A stretch of 64,000 nt of DNA from an uncultured Acidobacteriota bacterium (GCA_963777605.1 CAVZRV010000035.1:224001-288000); one strand, 5' to 3'; counted from the first letter of the stretch, positions 1-11,233 are shown. The notes: generated from the letters alone by a model not told the origin. Numbers and translations are program-made.

Positions 1-476
1 CCCCGAAACTGAACAATCGCGGTTTCCACCACCGAGAACCCAAATTCCTTCCCCAGACCCCTGAGCGTCTCGAAGTCGCCCTTGCGGCGGTGACCAAAAC
101 GGAAATTGGCCCCAACATGCACCTCGCGCGCTCCCGTTCTGAGAAGCAGGTCCCGGACGAACTCCAGCGGGGAGAGAAGGGACAGCCTCCGTGTGAACGG
201 CAGCCTCAAGAAAATGTCGATACCGAGCCGGTCCAGCATTTCGGCCTGCTGGTCAAACGTCTGCAGAAGCGGGGGAGCGGTCCCCGACGCAATCACTTTC
301 TGGGGATGGGGGAAGAAGGAGAGCAGGAACGCCGTTCCCGAGCGATCGCGGGCCCGACGGAACACCTCCCGGATGATCTCCTGGTGTCCGATGTGAACGC
401 CGTCAAACACACCCAGGGCCACGACGGGATGGTCCAGTCGCGACGGCAGTTCGTGAATGCTTTCAATCACCTTCAT
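1..476 (-). CDS. ribF: Bifunctional riboflavin kinase/FAD synthetase, N-terminal part (runs off the window)
   Basis: Manual translation from ATG at 476: MKVIESIHELPSRLDHPVVALGVFDGVHIGHQ...FFPHP...VGANFRFGHRRKGD. The GxFDGVHxGH and GxNFRFG motifs match FAD synthetase. ATGA overlap with the upstream gene's stop. Confidence 0.9.
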   Translation of the reverse strand, partial: MKVIESIHELPSRLDHPVVALGVFDGVHIGHQEIIREVFRRARDRSGTAFLLSFFPHPQKVIASGTAPPLLQTFDQQAEMLDRLGIDIFLRLPFTRRLSLLSPLEFVRDLLLRTGAREVHVGANFRFGHRRKGDFETLRGLGKEFGFSVVETAIVQFR

Positions 477-1228
477 TTCACATCAACCTGCAGCCCGTCG
501 TAGGCCAGCTCAATCCCGTCGGGCAGGGCGGCATTTCCTTCTTCATGATCGACATCGTGAGACATGTGGATCAAAAGCGTCCGATTCGCCCCGATCCTCC
601 GGGCAGCCTCCACCGCCTGCCCGATGCTGAAGTGAGTCGGATGCGGACGATAGCGAAGTCCGTCCAGAACCAGAAACTGGAGGGCATCGAGCCTGGCGAA
701 GCTTTCCTCAGGGATGTGGCTCACGTCGGTCAGATAGGCAAACCCGCCCACCCGGAATCCGAGAATCGGCATCTTCCCGTGGAACAGCCGGATCGGCTCA
801 AATTGCAGAGAACCGAGAGAGAACGGGCCCATGATCTCGTTCGGTTCGATCCGGGCCACTCCCCCATAGCCGGAGTTGTTGAACATGTGCCTGAAGGTTA
901 TCTTCAACTCGCCCATTGTCTGGGGATCCGCATACACCGGCAGCGCCTTTGAGGTGCGCGCCGTAAGCGGGAACAGGTCGTCCATTCCGAGCACGTGATC
1001 GGCATGGTGATGAGTGTAGACCACGGCGTCGAGCCGCTTCACCTGGTGGGCCAGCATTTGCTGACGGAAATCGCTCGACGTGTCGATCAGAACCGTGACG
1101 TCAGCCTCGAGGAGGGCCGAACATCGAAGCCGCCGGTTCCGGACATTATCGGACCGGCAGACCCGGCATTCGCAACCAATGACCGGAATCCCGCGCGAGG
1201 TCCCGGTTCCCAGAAAGGTCACGCGCAT
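473..1228 (-). CDS. MBL-fold metallo-hydrolase, PhnP-like
   Basis: FLGTGTS, CxCxxC, THHHADH (HxHxDH), AYLTD, HPTHF and HMSH motifs. Confidence 0.9.
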   Translation of the reverse strand: MRVTFLGTGTSRGIPVIGCECRVCRSDNVRNRRLRCSALLEADVTVLIDTSSDFRQQMLAHQVKRLDAVVYTHHHADHVLGMDDLFPLTARTSKALPVYADPQTMGELKITFRHMFNNSGYGGVARIEPNEIMGPFSLGSLQFEPIRLFHGKMPILGFRVGGFAYLTDVSHIPEESFARLDALQFLVLDGLRYRPHPTHFSIGQAVEAARRIGANRTLLIHMSHDVDHEEGNAALPDGIELAYDGLQVDVK

Positions 1229-1241
1229 AAATGAGTCCGCA

Positions 1242-1676
1242 TTAGAGCCTGATCACGTTCCGCTTGGTCAGGTACTTCATCCTCAGCTCGTAGAGAAGGT
1301 GTTCCAACAACTGTTCCTCATCCGTCTCCAGATTGCCCTTCGTCTTGGTCTGCAACAGGGTGAGGATGTCGATCATCTGTTGGGCCCCGTCCAGGTTTTC
1401 CATCCGCTCTCCCGTAGCCGGATCGGGCATTTCGCCCAGATAGGCCATCCCCGAAGCGGCCAGCGACATGATGAACGAAGCGAAATCGATCGCCGGCTCC
1501 TTCTGTCGTTCGGTCTTGCGCTCCTGGGTCGGCTCCGATGGGCCCTGCCTGGGTTCCGGTTCGGACTTCGACTCCGTCCCGGTCTTCGAAAGGAGTTCCC
1601 CCTCCGAAGAAAACTTCCGTCGATCGTCAACTTTGAACGGTGACGACTTTTCTTCTTCTCTTTCGTTATCTGTCAT
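1242..1676 (-). CDS. DUF1844 family protein
   Basis: FKVDDRRKF N-terminus; IDILTLLQTKTKGNL...LLYELRMKY C-terminal pattern. Confidence 0.8.
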   Translation of the reverse strand: MTDNEREEEKSSPFKVDDRRKFSSEGELLSKTGTESKSEPEPRQGPSEPTQERKTERQKEPAIDFASFIMSLAASGMAYLGEMPDPATGERMENLDGAQQMIDILTLLQTKTKGNLETDEEQLLEHLLYELRMKYLTKRNVIRL

Positions 1677-1723
1677 GACTGCTCACCTCGTTTGATGCGA
1701 TGTAGATCCAGTTCTGAGATAAA

Positions 1724-2563
1724 TTACCCGTCTCGGTCCTCGGCGCCTTCCGCCTCGGCGATTTCCTCCAGTTTAACCGCCTGCCACGCCGACTCCATCT
1801 CATCCAGGTCTGCTTCGGCCAGGTCCCTCCCCGCTTTCTTAAGTCGACGCTCCAACCCCCTGAACCGCTTCACGAACTTGGCATTTGCCCGCTTCAGTGC
1901 CGACTCGGGATCGACCTCAAGGTATCGTGCGACATTCATGGCGACGAAGACAAGGTCTCCAACTTCCTCTCGAACCCGCGCCTCATCGCCCTGCCCAATT
2001 GCTTCTTCAAGTTCCTCGAACTCTTCGTTGAACTTCTCGCGAAGCCCCGACAGTTCCGGCCAGTCGAAACCGACGCGCGCCGCCTTGGACGTCATCTGAT
2101 AGGTCCGGTACATGGTTGGAAGGTTGTCGGGGATGCCGTCCAGGAGAGACTCCTTGACGACTTCCTTCCCCGCCGCCCGTTTCTCGGCCTGTTTCAGATC
2201 CTCCCACCTTCGTAGCAGCTCTTCCGAAGTTTCGATCGAAGCATCCCCAAAGACGTGCGGGTGGCGATTCACCATTTTCAGGAAGACCCGCCGGCACACG
2301 TCGCGGGCGTTGAATTCACCCCGCTCCTGGGCAATCCGGCTGTGGAAGATCACCTGGAAGAGAAGATCTCCCAGTTCTTCACAGAGGTCTGCGGGGTCGT
2401 CACTGTCGAGGGCCTCGATGACTTCGTGGGCCTCCTCAATCAGCATCGGCTTGAGGGTTTCACGGGTTTGCTCCCGATCCCAGGGGCATCCCTGGTCGCT
2501 TCTCAGGATGTCCATCAGTTCGACAAGATTGTCGAATTCGTGCTCGCTGTTGGGTGGTTTCAC
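1724..2563 (-). CDS. mazG: Nucleoside triphosphate pyrophosphohydrolase MazG (start uncertain)
   Basis: GCPWDREQT, EELGDLLFQ, RHPHVFG, KAARVGFDW and EEVGDLVF. The extra N-terminal part of the 401-aa ORF overlaps the divergent HD gene and is probably spurious. Confidence 0.92.
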   Translation of the reverse strand: MKPPNSEHEFDNLVELMDILRSDQGCPWDREQTRETLKPMLIEEAHEVIEALDSDDPADLCEELGDLLFQVIFHSRIAQERGEFNARDVCRRVFLKMVNRHPHVFGDASIETSEELLRRWEDLKQAEKRAAGKEVVKESLLDGIPDNLPTMYRTYQMTSKAARVGFDWPELSGLREKFNEEFEELEEAIGQGDEARVREEVGDLVFVAMNVARYLEVDPESALKRANAKFVKRFRGLERRLKKAGRDLAEADLDEMESAWQAVKLEEIAEAEGAEDRDG

Positions 2564-2718
2564 AGAAGGAAGCTTAACAAAGGGGTCTTGGTCTTCGCAT
2601 CTCGCGCCCGGATGTTTTATTATGACGTCAACTTTCAAGCAGATGTAGATCGATGTGTGAGAGTGAGAGGGATGAGCGAGGCGTCGCCCTTTCCCGACGA
2701 TGCAATCAGGAGAGGATA

Positions 2719-3282
2719 ATGGAACCATCGCGAGAGATGGCCTGGCAGTTGCTGAATGAGTACACCGGCAACCCCAACCTGGTGAAGCATGCACTCGCCG
2801 TAGAAGCGGCGATGCGGGCGTACGCCGTAAAATTCGACGAAGCCCCCGACCGCTGGGGTATCGTCGGACTGATCCACGACTTTGATTACGATCGCTTCCC
2901 CGATGAGCATCCCGAAAAGGGCGCGGCACTTCTGTCCGAGAAAGGCTACCCAGCGGACATGATCCACGCCGTCCGCGCCCACGCCGAGTTCACCGGCGTA
3001 CCCCGCACAAGTCGAATGGACCACGCCCTGTTTGCAGTCGATGAACTGTGCGGGTTTATCACTGCTGCGGCCTTGATCCGCCCCGACAAGGATATTCGGG
3101 GGCTCCCCGTCAAATCGGTCAAAAAGCGGATGAAAGACAAGGCCTTCGCCCGAGCAGTCAGCCGGGACGACCTCGTCCGGGGAGCGGAGGAGTTGGGCAT
3201 CGGTCTTGATGAGCACATCGGGTTTGTAATCTCGGCCATGGCTCAGATCGCCGGCGAACTGGGCCTGGATGGAAATCACTGA
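2719..3282 (+). CDS. HD-domain (HDIG-type) phosphohydrolase
   Basis: KHALAVEAAM, GLIHDFDY, HP, AVDELCGF and KRMKDKAFA motifs; AGGAGAGG RBS before ATG 2719. Confidence 0.88.
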   Translation: MEPSREMAWQLLNEYTGNPNLVKHALAVEAAMRAYAVKFDEAPDRWGIVGLIHDFDYDRFPDEHPEKGAALLSEKGYPADMIHAVRAHAEFTGVPRTSRMDHALFAVDELCGFITAAALIRPDKDIRGLPVKSVKKRMKDKAFARAVSRDDLVRGAEELGIGLDEHIGFVISAMAQIAGELGLDGNH

Positions 3283-3291
3283 GGAGGTTGA

Positions 3292-5253
3292 ATGGAAGAG
3301 CAAGGCGGCAGTTTTCAATCATTGTTGAAAGAGGAGCGGCGTTTCGCTCCGTCCGAGGAATTCAAGGCCCAGGCAAATTGGAACGATCCTTCCATCTATC
3401 GGACTGCCGCTCAGGACCTTGAGGGATTCTGGGCTGAACGCGCCCAGGATATCGACTGGTTCAAACCCTGGGACAAGGTTCTCGAATGGGATGCTCCCAA
3501 TGTGAAGTGGTTCTCCGGAGCCACGACCAACGTCTGCTACAACTGCGTTGATCGTCACCTCAAGACCTGGCGAAAGAACAAGGCGGCCATCATCTGGGAA
3601 GGTGAACCGGTCCATGACCGACGCGTTTTGACCTACCAGGACCTCTACCGGGAGGTCAACCGCTGCGCCATCGCCCTGAAAAGGGTCGGCGTGGAGAAGG
3701 GCGATCGAGTGGCAATTTACATGGGAATGATCCCTGAGTTGCCGATCGCCATGCTGGCCTGCGCCCGAATCGGTGCGCCTCACACAGTGATCTTTGGTGG
3801 CTTCAGCCCCGATGCAATCCGCGACCGGATCAACGACTGCGGTGCGAAGGTCCTGATCACCGCCGACGGTTCCTGGCGCCGGGGCAACCGTGTTCCCCTC
3901 AAGGAAAACGCCGACATTGCACTCCAGGAATGCCCTACCATCGAGAAAGTCTTCGTGGTCAACCACGCCATGAATGCCCGGGACGTCAACCTGGAAGGCT
4001 ACCGCGATGTCTGGTGGCACCGGGAGATGGACCGCAGCGGGAGCGAGACGATTCCCCCCGAGGAACTGGACTCCGAACATCCCCTTTACATCCTCTACAC
4101 CTCGGGCACGACCGGCAAACCCAAGGGATTGCTTCACACCACCGGGGGGTACCTGGTCGGCACGCAAACCACAACCAAGTACGTCTTCGACCTCAAAGAC
4201 AATGACACCTACTGGTGCGCCGCCGATATCGGCTGGGTCACGGGCCACAGCTACATCGTCTACGGACCGCTGGCCAACGGTGCCACCATGGTGATGTACG
4301 AGGGTGCTCCCAACCATCCGCACCGCGGGCGAATGTGGCAGATCATCGAACGTTACCAGGTCAACATTCTCTACACGGCCCCCACCGCCATCCGGTCGTT
4401 CATGGCATGGGGAGAGCAGCACCCGAACCAGTATGACCTCTCCTCTCTCCGGCTCCTCGGAACGGTGGGTGAACCGATCAACCCCGAAGCATGGATCTGG
4501 TACCGGAAGTACATCGGACAGGACAAGACTCCGATTGTCGACACCTGGTGGCAGACGGAGACCGGCATGACCATGATCACCCCGCTTCCCGGGATCACCG
4601 AAACCAAGCCGGGGTCGGCAACTATTCCGTTTCCTGGAGTCGAAGCCGACGTCGTGGACGAAGCCGGCGACTCGGTTGCCCCCGGCGGCGGCGGGTTTCT
4701 CGTCCTGAAAAAGCCTTGGCCGGCAATGGCCCGGGCGATCTGGGGTGATCCCGAACGCTGGCAAGAGACCTACTGGAACCGTTTCCCCGGGATCTACTTC
4801 ACTGGAGACAGTGCCCGTCGCGACGAAGACGGCTACTTTTGGGTGTTGGGCCGGGTCGACGACGTCCTCAATGTCTCGGGACACCGCATCGGAACCATGG
4901 AGGTGGAGAGCGCGCTGGTGAGCCACTCCGCAGTGGCGGAAGCGGCAGTTATCGGCATCTCGCATGCGATCAAGGGACAGGCGATTGCCGCGTTCGCGGT
5001 CCTCGTCGACGACGTCGAGGGCGACCGGAAATTGATCGAGGAGTTGCGCAATCACGTCGCGGATAAGATCGGTCCCATCGCGCGGCCCGAAAAGATCTAC
5101 CTGACGAGCGAACTTCCCAAGACCCGAAGCGGCAAGATCATGCGGCGGTTGCTCCGCGATATCGCCGAAGGGCGAGTTCTCAGCGACACTACGACGCTGG
5201 CGGACGCGGGGGTCATCGACCAGATCAAAGAACAGTACGAAGAAAACAGCTAG
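3292..5253 (+). CDS. acs: Acetate--CoA ligase (acetyl-CoA synthetase)
   Basis: [40 protein letters not shown] and [12 protein letters not shown]; 653 aa; GAGGAGG RBS. Confidence 0.97.
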   Translation: MEEQGGSFQSLLKEERRFAPSEEFKAQANWNDPSIYRTAAQDLEGFWAERAQDIDWFKPWDKVLEWDAPNVKWFSGATTNVCYNCVDRHLKTWRKNKAAIIWEGEPVHDRRVLTYQDLYREVNRCAIALKRVGVEKGDRVAIYMGMIPELPIAMLACARIGAPHTVIFGGFSPDAIRDRINDCGAKVLITADGSWRRGNRVPLKENADIALQECPTIEKVFVVNHAMNARDVNLEGYRDVWWHREMDRSGSETIPPEELDSEHPLYILYTSGTTGKPKGLLHTTGGYLVGTQTTTKYVFDLKDNDTYWCAADIGWVTGHSYIVYGPLANGATMVMYEGAPNHPHRGRMWQIIERYQVNILYTAPTAIRSFMAWGEQHPNQYDLSSLRLLGTVGEPINPEAWIWYRKYIGQDKTPIVDTWWQTETGMTMITPLPGITETKPGSATIPFPGVEADVVDEAGDSVAPGGGGFLVLKKPWPAMARAIWGDPERWQETYWNRFPGIYFTGDSARRDEDGYFWVLGRVDDVLNVSGHRIGTMEVESALVSHSAVAEAAVIGISHAIKGQAIAAFAVLVDDVEGDRKLIEELRNHVADKIGPIARPEKIYLTSELPKTRSGKIMRRLLRDIAEGRVLSDTTTLADAGVIDQIKEQYEENS

Positions 5254-5265
5254 TGTCCCCGGACA

Positions 5266-6282
5266 CTAGTGAAAGAGATAGTAGATCCGAGTAACCCACT
5301 TGGCTGAATCGGGTTCTTCGGCCGGCCCAACGAGGTACTCCTCGACAGCGGGGGGTACCTGGGTCAACTGGTACTTCTGCATGTAGGCGTCAATGGCCTG
5401 GTGTGCTCCGACCGAATTTTCATACGGCCCGGTGTGAGTGACCAGCAAAGCCTTAGAGTGGGGGACCTCGACGACCTCGGTCCCTCCTCCCAGGTCCACC
5501 GGAGAAGCAACCGGTACAGCCGCCGCCATCAGGCTAACCTGATCGTCCTCGTCCCATTGGAAGAACAGCCCGGTGGGCGGTCCGGTCGTCGCAATCTTCT
5601 TCGCGTTCAGCGCTTCCTGCAGCCTGTTCAGCCGGGTTGAAAGGAAGTTCTCGGTATCGGAAAATTTCACCTTGTCCCGGAAAGCAACGTAGACACGGGC
5701 CGGAAATTCGACCTCCGTCACCTGGTACCCGTTGAATCGGTGGCGTGCGTCGTTTTCGCAGACCTTCTTCAGGTTCTCCAGACCCCGTTTAAAGTCGGAA
5801 CCGACGGCATCCTCGAAATCCATAAAAATGCCGATGATGTTGATCGGGAAATTGAGCTTCCCCCGGTACTGCCAGGTGACCTTGGTCTGATCTCCTTCGG
5901 GATCGAGTTCGAAGTCAGTCTCGACCTCGCTTTCAAAAGGCTGGATGAACTGAATCGTGGACTCGACCCGACGATTTTCGTCGGCAGCAGTTATTACTTC
6001 TTCGCCCGCCCCAACCTGGTTATTTCCTTCCCAGATCGCGACCGCCCCAACGTGGCCTTCCTCACCCTTGAACTCGAGCGAAATGTCCGGGTCGGCCAGG
6101 TACCACGGATACCAGGTCAGCCTCTTCTTGAACTGAACGATAAAGGGGTAAATCACTTCCGGCGGCGCGTCGATCACTATGCTCCGGTCAATCGACACTT
6201 CTCCGGGGGCGACGAACGCAAGTGCAACAACAATCAGGACCAGCGTGATGACGGCAATCAGTATCAGCGTGAGTCTTTTCAA
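5266..6282 (-). CDS. SRPBCC (START-like) domain plus GyrI-like ligand-binding domain protein with N-terminal membrane anchor
   Basis: Hydrophobic N-terminus; RSIVIDAPPEVIY...GLENLK (SRPBCC); HTGPYE...EEYLVGP...WVTRIYY (GyrI-like). Confidence 0.8.
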   Translation of the reverse strand: MKRLTLILIAVITLVLIVVALAFVAPGEVSIDRSIVIDAPPEVIYPFIVQFKKRLTWYPWYLADPDISLEFKGEEGHVGAVAIWEGNNQVGAGEEVITAADENRRVESTIQFIQPFESEVETDFELDPEGDQTKVTWQYRGKLNFPINIIGIFMDFEDAVGSDFKRGLENLKKVCENDARHRFNGYQVTEVEFPARVYVAFRDKVKFSDTENFLSTRLNRLQEALNAKKIATTGPPTGLFFQWDEDDQVSLMAAAVPVASPVDLGGGTEVVEVPHSKALLVTHTGPYENSVGAHQAIDAYMQKYQLTQVPPAVEEYLVGPAEEPDSAKWVTRIYYLFH

Positions 6283-6513
6283 GACATTCCCTCTTCAAGT
6301 TGCCAATGGAAATGGCGCGGGTCCCTGCCGGGTCGAGCACGCAGATCCATCCACTGACTGCATTCTATGGGCCCCTGCCAAACGGCCGCAACCTCCCGCT
6401 CAGGTGGAACAGGTGTTCTCCCGTGTCTCGCACCAGGGTTCTCCGGGAGAGGATCAGTCCTCAGTCGACACTAACAGGTAGAATACTCCGATCGGAGACA
6501 GTCGGAACCCGCA

Positions 6514-7200
6514 ATGCCACAAACTGAAATCACAAATCACAAATCACAAATCACAAATGCCTCTGTCCGCGTGCTCCTCTTCGATCTCGGAGGCGTCCTG
6601 GTCGAGTGGGTCGGGCGTGACCAACTCCTCAACTTGACCGAAGGTCGTCTTTCTCCGGAGGAGGCACGCCGGTTCTGGTTGTATTCCAGGTGGGTTCAAC
6701 TCTTCGAACGAGGCCGCTGTAGACCGGACGAGTTCGCCGCCGGTGCCGTGAACGAACTTGGGCTGGATATGGCGCCGGCCGAGTTTCTGGACCGCTTCGT
6801 GGCGTGGGACCGGGGACCGTTTCCCGGCGCGATCGAACTGCTGGAGAAGCTTGCGCCCCACTTTCAGTTGGCCTGCCTGAGCAACAACAACGAAATCCAC
6901 TGGCCAAGGATTCGGGATCAATTCGGCCTGGGACGGTTCTTCCACCCGCAGTTCGTCTCCCATGAACTGGATCTCATCAAGCCCGAGCCGGAGATCTTCC
7001 GGCACGTCGCCTCCGTTCTGGACCTACCGCCGCAGCAGGTTCTCTTTTTCGATGACAACCCGGAGTGCGTCGAAGCCGCTCGCAGCGAAGGCTTCCAGGC
7101 CGAAGTAGCGCGAGGACCCGAGGAAATATCTGAGATTTGTGATTTGAGATTTGGGATTAGCCCCGGCCAATTCCACTCAATCACAAATCACAAATCTTAG
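6514..7200 (+). CDS. HAD-superfamily phosphatase (YihX-like)
   Basis: FDLGGVL, LSNNN, KPEPEIF and FFDDNP. Both termini are encoded by heptamer repeats, so the true start may be GTG 6571. Confidence 0.85.
   Translation: MPQTEITNHKSQITNASVRVLLFDLGGVLVEWVGRDQLLNLTEGRLSPEEARRFWLYSRWVQLFERGRCRPDEFAAGAVNELGLDMAPAEFLDRFVAWDRGPFPGAIELLEKLAPHFQLACLSNNNEIHWPRIRDQFGLGRFFHPQFVSHELDLIKPEPEIFRHVASVLDLPPQQVLFFDDNPECVEAARSEGFQAEVARGPEEISEICDLRFGISPGQFHSITNHKS
6527..6558. repeat. Heptamer tandem repeat (AAATCAC)n
   Basis: About 4 copies of aaatcac. Related GATTTGT/AAATCAC copies at about 7131-7210. Confidence 0.85.
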
Positions 7201-7203
7201 ATT

Positions 7204-8568
7204 TTAGATGTTTTCTGGTCTCAGGTATTCCAGAACCGAGTCCACCAGTCGCCGGGCGACTTCCGGTGACTTCCCTTCGGCTACTACCCGGACGATCGGT
7301 TCCGTGTTGGAGGCGCGGACGTGCAGCCAGCGATCGGGCCAGTCCACCTTGATGCCGTCCGTGAGGTCGAGTTCCTCCCCGCGGAACACATGTTTCATGA
7401 GGCGGATGAAGGCAGCGGCCTGGCGGGGGCGGCAGGCAACCTTCTCCTTGATGATGTGGTAATCGGGGAGACGCTGCCGCAACTGGCTGACGGTCTGTCG
7501 TTCCCGGGCCATCGACTCGAGAATCAGGGCCATTGCCACGAAACTGTCCCGGCATGGGTTGAGCGCGCGGACGATCACGCCTCCGTTGCCTTCTCCCCCG
7601 ATCCAGGAACCGACCCGTTTCATGGTTTCGAGCACGTTGATCTCTCCAACCGGGCTTCGGTACAGCACCTGGCCGGCAGCAGCAACGACGTCGTCCAACA
7701 TTCGGCTCGTCGAGAGATTGGCCACTACCGGGCCTGGATAGCGCGTCAAGAGATGGCGCACTACCAACGCCAGGGTCGCATCCTCGCCCAGCGGAGTCCC
7801 GGTCTCGTCTACCAGGGCCAGGCGGTCCGCGTCGGCATCCTGGGCGAAACCGACATCGGCCTTCTCCCGCTCGACGGCGGCGCACAGGTCCCCGATGTTC
7901 TCCCGCAATGGCTCGGGGTCCCGCGGGAAGAGCTGGTCCGGGTTGGTGTGCAACTCAATGACCTCGCAGCCGAGCCGGCGCAGAAACTCGGGGCTCACCA
8001 GCGAAGCCGCCCCGTTGCAGCAGTCTACGGCGACGCGAAAAGCCCGTTCCCGGATCATCCCGACATCAACCTCGCCCATGACAGCGGCCATGTGTCCTGC
8101 AAAAGCGCCGTCGTCCTGCCGGACTTCAGGAATCTGGTCGGCCGCTACCCTCGGATAGACCCCCTGATGGTAGAGGTCCAGCACCTCGGCGAACTGACTC
8201 GGTCGCAGCGTGATTCCGTCTGAGTCACAGAACTTCAGCGCATTCCACTCCACCGGGTTGTGGCTGGCAGTGATGCAGATGCCTCCGGCCGCCCCGGCCT
8301 TCCTAAGGTGAAACTGGAGAGTCGGCACCGGGACGATGCCCAGGTTGACGGGGGTACAGCCTACGCTCAGGAGTCCCGCCACTGCGGCAGGCACCACCAT
8401 CTGGCGAGAAGGTCGCGTATCCGACCCGATTACCACCGGACGCGGACCGCAGTAGGTTCCGAATGCAGCCGCAAACGATGCCACGATCTGGGGAGTGAGC
8501 GAGACGCCCGCGATCCCGCGGACGCCGGAAACACCGATCTTGAGGGAAGGGATCTGCGCCGCCATCAC
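7204..8568 (-). CDS. Phosphoglucosamine mutase / phosphomannomutase family
   Basis: VSGVRG, ITASHNP, QDADADR, GEGNGG and RASNTEP all intact. Confidence 0.92.
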   Translation of the reverse strand: MMAAQIPSLKIGVSGVRGIAGVSLTPQIVASFAAAFGTYCGPRPVVIGSDTRPSRQMVVPAAVAGLLSVGCTPVNLGIVPVPTLQFHLRKAGAAGGICITASHNPVEWNALKFCDSDGITLRPSQFAEVLDLYHQGVYPRVAADQIPEVRQDDGAFAGHMAAVMGEVDVGMIRERAFRVAVDCCNGAASLVSPEFLRRLGCEVIELHTNPDQLFPRDPEPLRENIGDLCAAVEREKADVGFAQDADADRLALVDETGTPLGEDATLALVVRHLLTRYPGPVVANLSTSRMLDDVVAAAGQVLYRSPVGEINVLETMKRVGSWIGGEGNGGVIVRALNPCRDSFVAMALILESMARERQTVSQLRQRLPDYHIIKEKVACRPRQAAAFIRLMKHVFRGEELDLTDGIKVDWPDRWLHVRASNTEPIVRVVAEGKSPEVARRLVDSVLEYLRPENI

Positions 8569-9921
8569 TTACCTCCTCCAGTGTACCGGCGAGCGGATCC
8601 GACGCACCGGTTGAAAAGAGCATCCACCCGTTCCTGCTCCCCTCCCTCAACGATGATTCGCAGAAGGGGCTCGGTCTTGGAGACTCGAATGTGTACCCAC
8701 AAATCGTCCCAGTCGACCCGGACTCCGTCGAGGGTATTGGGATCGTCCTGTTCAAATTCCTCCCGAAATCGCTCCAGTGCCCGGTAGGCCTGGGGAGCCG
8801 GGCAGCGGATCTCCCCTTTCGAATCACCGGCTGGGGAATTCGGCCCGCGATCTCCGACAATGGTTTGCTTTCCGACGCCATCAGCTCAAGAATCTGCCCC
8901 ATAGAGAGCAACGCATCGAACGCTACCGACGACGGGAGCACGGCGACTCCGCCCGGACCCTTCCCCGGCCAGAACAGCGGCTTCCTCCAACCCGCGGTCG
9001 ATGACATGACTCTCACCGACCGCCGTTCGAATGACGGACTGGCCGAACTCGCGGGCGACATGATCGACCCGGCTCGAGGTCGACAAATTGGTGACAATCG
9101 TGCCGGGGCGCCGGGTCAGTCGATTTCGCGCCACCAGTGGCAGGGTCATCTCTTCTGAAAGGGCCTGCCCGGTTTCGACGGCAACTCCGAGTCGGTCTCC
9201 ATCTACGTTCAGCGCGAAACCGGCGGAGCATCCCTCGCGACAAACCGCATCCGCGAGCTCTCCCATGGTTTTCGACGTCGGCTCCGGGCGATCGCGGAGG
9301 TCCTGGGGAGACTCGTGAATGAGCACGAGTTCGACGGAAAGCCGTGCCGCCAGGCCCCGGACAAGCGGGCCAAGAGCACCCCCTCTCAAGTCGACAGCAA
9401 TACGAAAATCGCCGGAACGGATCAAGTCACAGTCCAGAACCGAGCAGAGGTAAGTTTCATACGAGTCCCAGGATCCCGACGGGAGCGGGCTCCGGGCTGC
9501 GGGGATGAGATGTCGGTGCGCGGAACGCCGAAGCATGGTAGACGTCAAGCAGTTCCTCGCTCTTGAGTGGATTGAGGAGAGCCCCGTCGGGACCGACGAA
9601 CTTCAGAGCATTCCAGCGGGTGTCGTTGTGGCTTCCCGTGATCGAGATTCCGCCGCTGCAGCCCAGGTCCCGAACCGCGAATGATACCAGGGGAGTTGAA
9701 GTCGTCCCCAGTTCGATCACCTCGCAGTCCGAAGCCAGCAGGCCGGCTACCACGGCGGCATGAACCATAGGGGCGGATCGTCGTGTGTCTCGTCCCACCG
9801 CGACGGGGCCCCCGCCGGCCCAGGAACCAAAGGCACGGGCAAAGCTGATGATCAGTTCGGGGTTCAGGGCCTCCCCGACGATCCCTCTAATCCACGACGT
9901 CCCGATCTTCAGCTCACGCAC
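8565..9921 (-). CDS. Second phosphohexomutase paralogue, split by about 3 frameshifts
   Basis: Consecutive frames give GTSWIRG, ITGSHND, LNVDGDR, AGEGSGG and RVSKTEP. Its TGA overlaps the start of the next mutase. Confidence 0.8.
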
Positions 9922-11233
9922 TGCCGCTCCCCCGTTTTGCCGAATGCCGACGGATCAACTCGCGCAGATCCCGATCCCGGGCCCGGAGTCGTTCGAACAG
10001 CGTCAACTGGCTCAGTCCCCGAACCTTGTTCAGGTCGGGCGGATCGGTCTGACCCAGAATGAAGTAGGAGTCCCCCCGGATGTAGTCGGTGAGGAATCGA
10101 AGGCCGAGTTCGAGGGAAATGATCTGAACGGCGTCAACCATCAGTTCGATCTCCCGCGGTTGCACACTCCGCGCAGTGGCCAGAAATCCCTGGGCGATCG
10201 CCTCAAAAACCTCCTCATCAACCTGCACCTTGTCCCGGTCTCGTTCCTTTTCACCAGCAACATTGGCCAGCGAGCGGACCATGTCCCCCCAGTCAGCCAA
10301 CCAGGTGTGAGGCATGATCGTGTCGAGATCGATGAGCGCCTTGACTTTTCCGGTCTGATTGCTGAACAGGAAGTTGTCGAGCTTGGTATCACCGTGAATG
10401 GCGACTCGCCGGATTCTGCCCTCGTCCATGGCATCGAGCAGCGAAGTGGCAAAACTCTCATGCTCGAGAACCAGGTCGACAGCACCCTGCACTTCGGGAA
10501 GTTGGCGGCGCCGCTGATATTCGTGCTCGGGGAGGTGAACCAGAAAGTGAATCTCCGTGCTTTCCCGAAGGCGTCGGTCCTCCGGGAGGAAGGCAACCGC
10601 CTCCTCGAACGTCTGGTTACCGGCCATCACCGAGTGAAACTGCCGGTAGTAGAGTCGGGTCTCCCGGTATCCGGGCAGGGGATTTTCGAGTCCGGCCACC
10701 TTCACTCCTGCCGTCAAGTCAGCGTAGAGTGCAAGGCCCCGGCCGGCTTCCGTGGCTACCTCGAGTTGGCGCGCCCGCGAACCAACCTCGGCCAGGCTCT
10801 TGAACGTCCGGCAGTCGGAGATCTTTTTCATCAGGCGCCAATAGGAGACCCCCCTTCGATTCTCAAACTCCAGAAAGGGTACTCCGGTCCAAGTCGGAAC
10901 CAGTTCTACCGTTTCCCAACCCCCGGACTCAGTGGTTGACCTCCTCGCCAGGCTCTCCCGCTGGGCTTCGATGCAGGCGATCATGGCGGCCATCACATTC
11001 CGCGGGCGCCGGAAAACCTGCTGGTTGATCTGCTGGAGCAGAAACTCGCGACTGTTGGCGCCGGTTCCGGAGGAAATCAGGTAAGTGTGCTGGTTGATGT
11101 TCCCCTTGTCGGGGAAATCGTAGACCTCGACCGGAGACTCCAGGGCAAACTTGGATACGATCCGGGCCGCCAGGGCGGTGGGATACTCGTCGAATGTTCC
11201 AGGTTTTAGGGCAATCGTTTCATCCCTTTCCAA
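9914..11233 (-). CDS. APH-like sugar kinase, N-acetylhexosamine 1-kinase-like (start uncertain, ORF open to 11293)
   Basis: GNINQHTY, LLQQINQQVF, IHGDTKLDNFLF, LIDLDTIM, DWGDMVRS and ELGLRFLTDY. Confidence 0.75.
   Translation of the reverse strand: MERDETIALKPGTFDEYPTALAARIVSKFALESPVEVYDFPDKGNINQHTYLISSGTGANSREFLLQQINQQVFRRPRNVMAAMIACIEAQRESLARRSTTESGGWETVELVPTWTGVPFLEFENRRGVSYWRLMKKISDCRTFKSLAEVGSRARQLEVATEAGRGLALYADLTAGVKVAGLENPLPGYRETRLYYRQFHSVMAGNQTFEEAVAFLPEDRRLRESTEIHFLVHLPEHEYQRRRQLPEVQGAVDLVLEHESFATSLLDAMDEGRIRRVAIHGDTKLDNFLFSNQTGKVKALIDLDTIMPHTWLADWGDMVRSLANVAGEKERDRDKVQVDEEVFEAIAQGFLATARSVQPREIELMVDAVQIISLELGLRFLTDYIRGDSYFILGQTDPPDLNKVRGLSQLTLFERLRARDRDLRELIRRHSAKRGSGSA

Noticed and set aside
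2564-2929. N-terminal extension of MazG
   Set aside because: Overlaps the divergent HD gene and its intergenic region, and has no MazG similarity.
3319-5055. 578-aa antisense ORF
   Set aside because: Shadow of acs caused by GC-rich codon bias.
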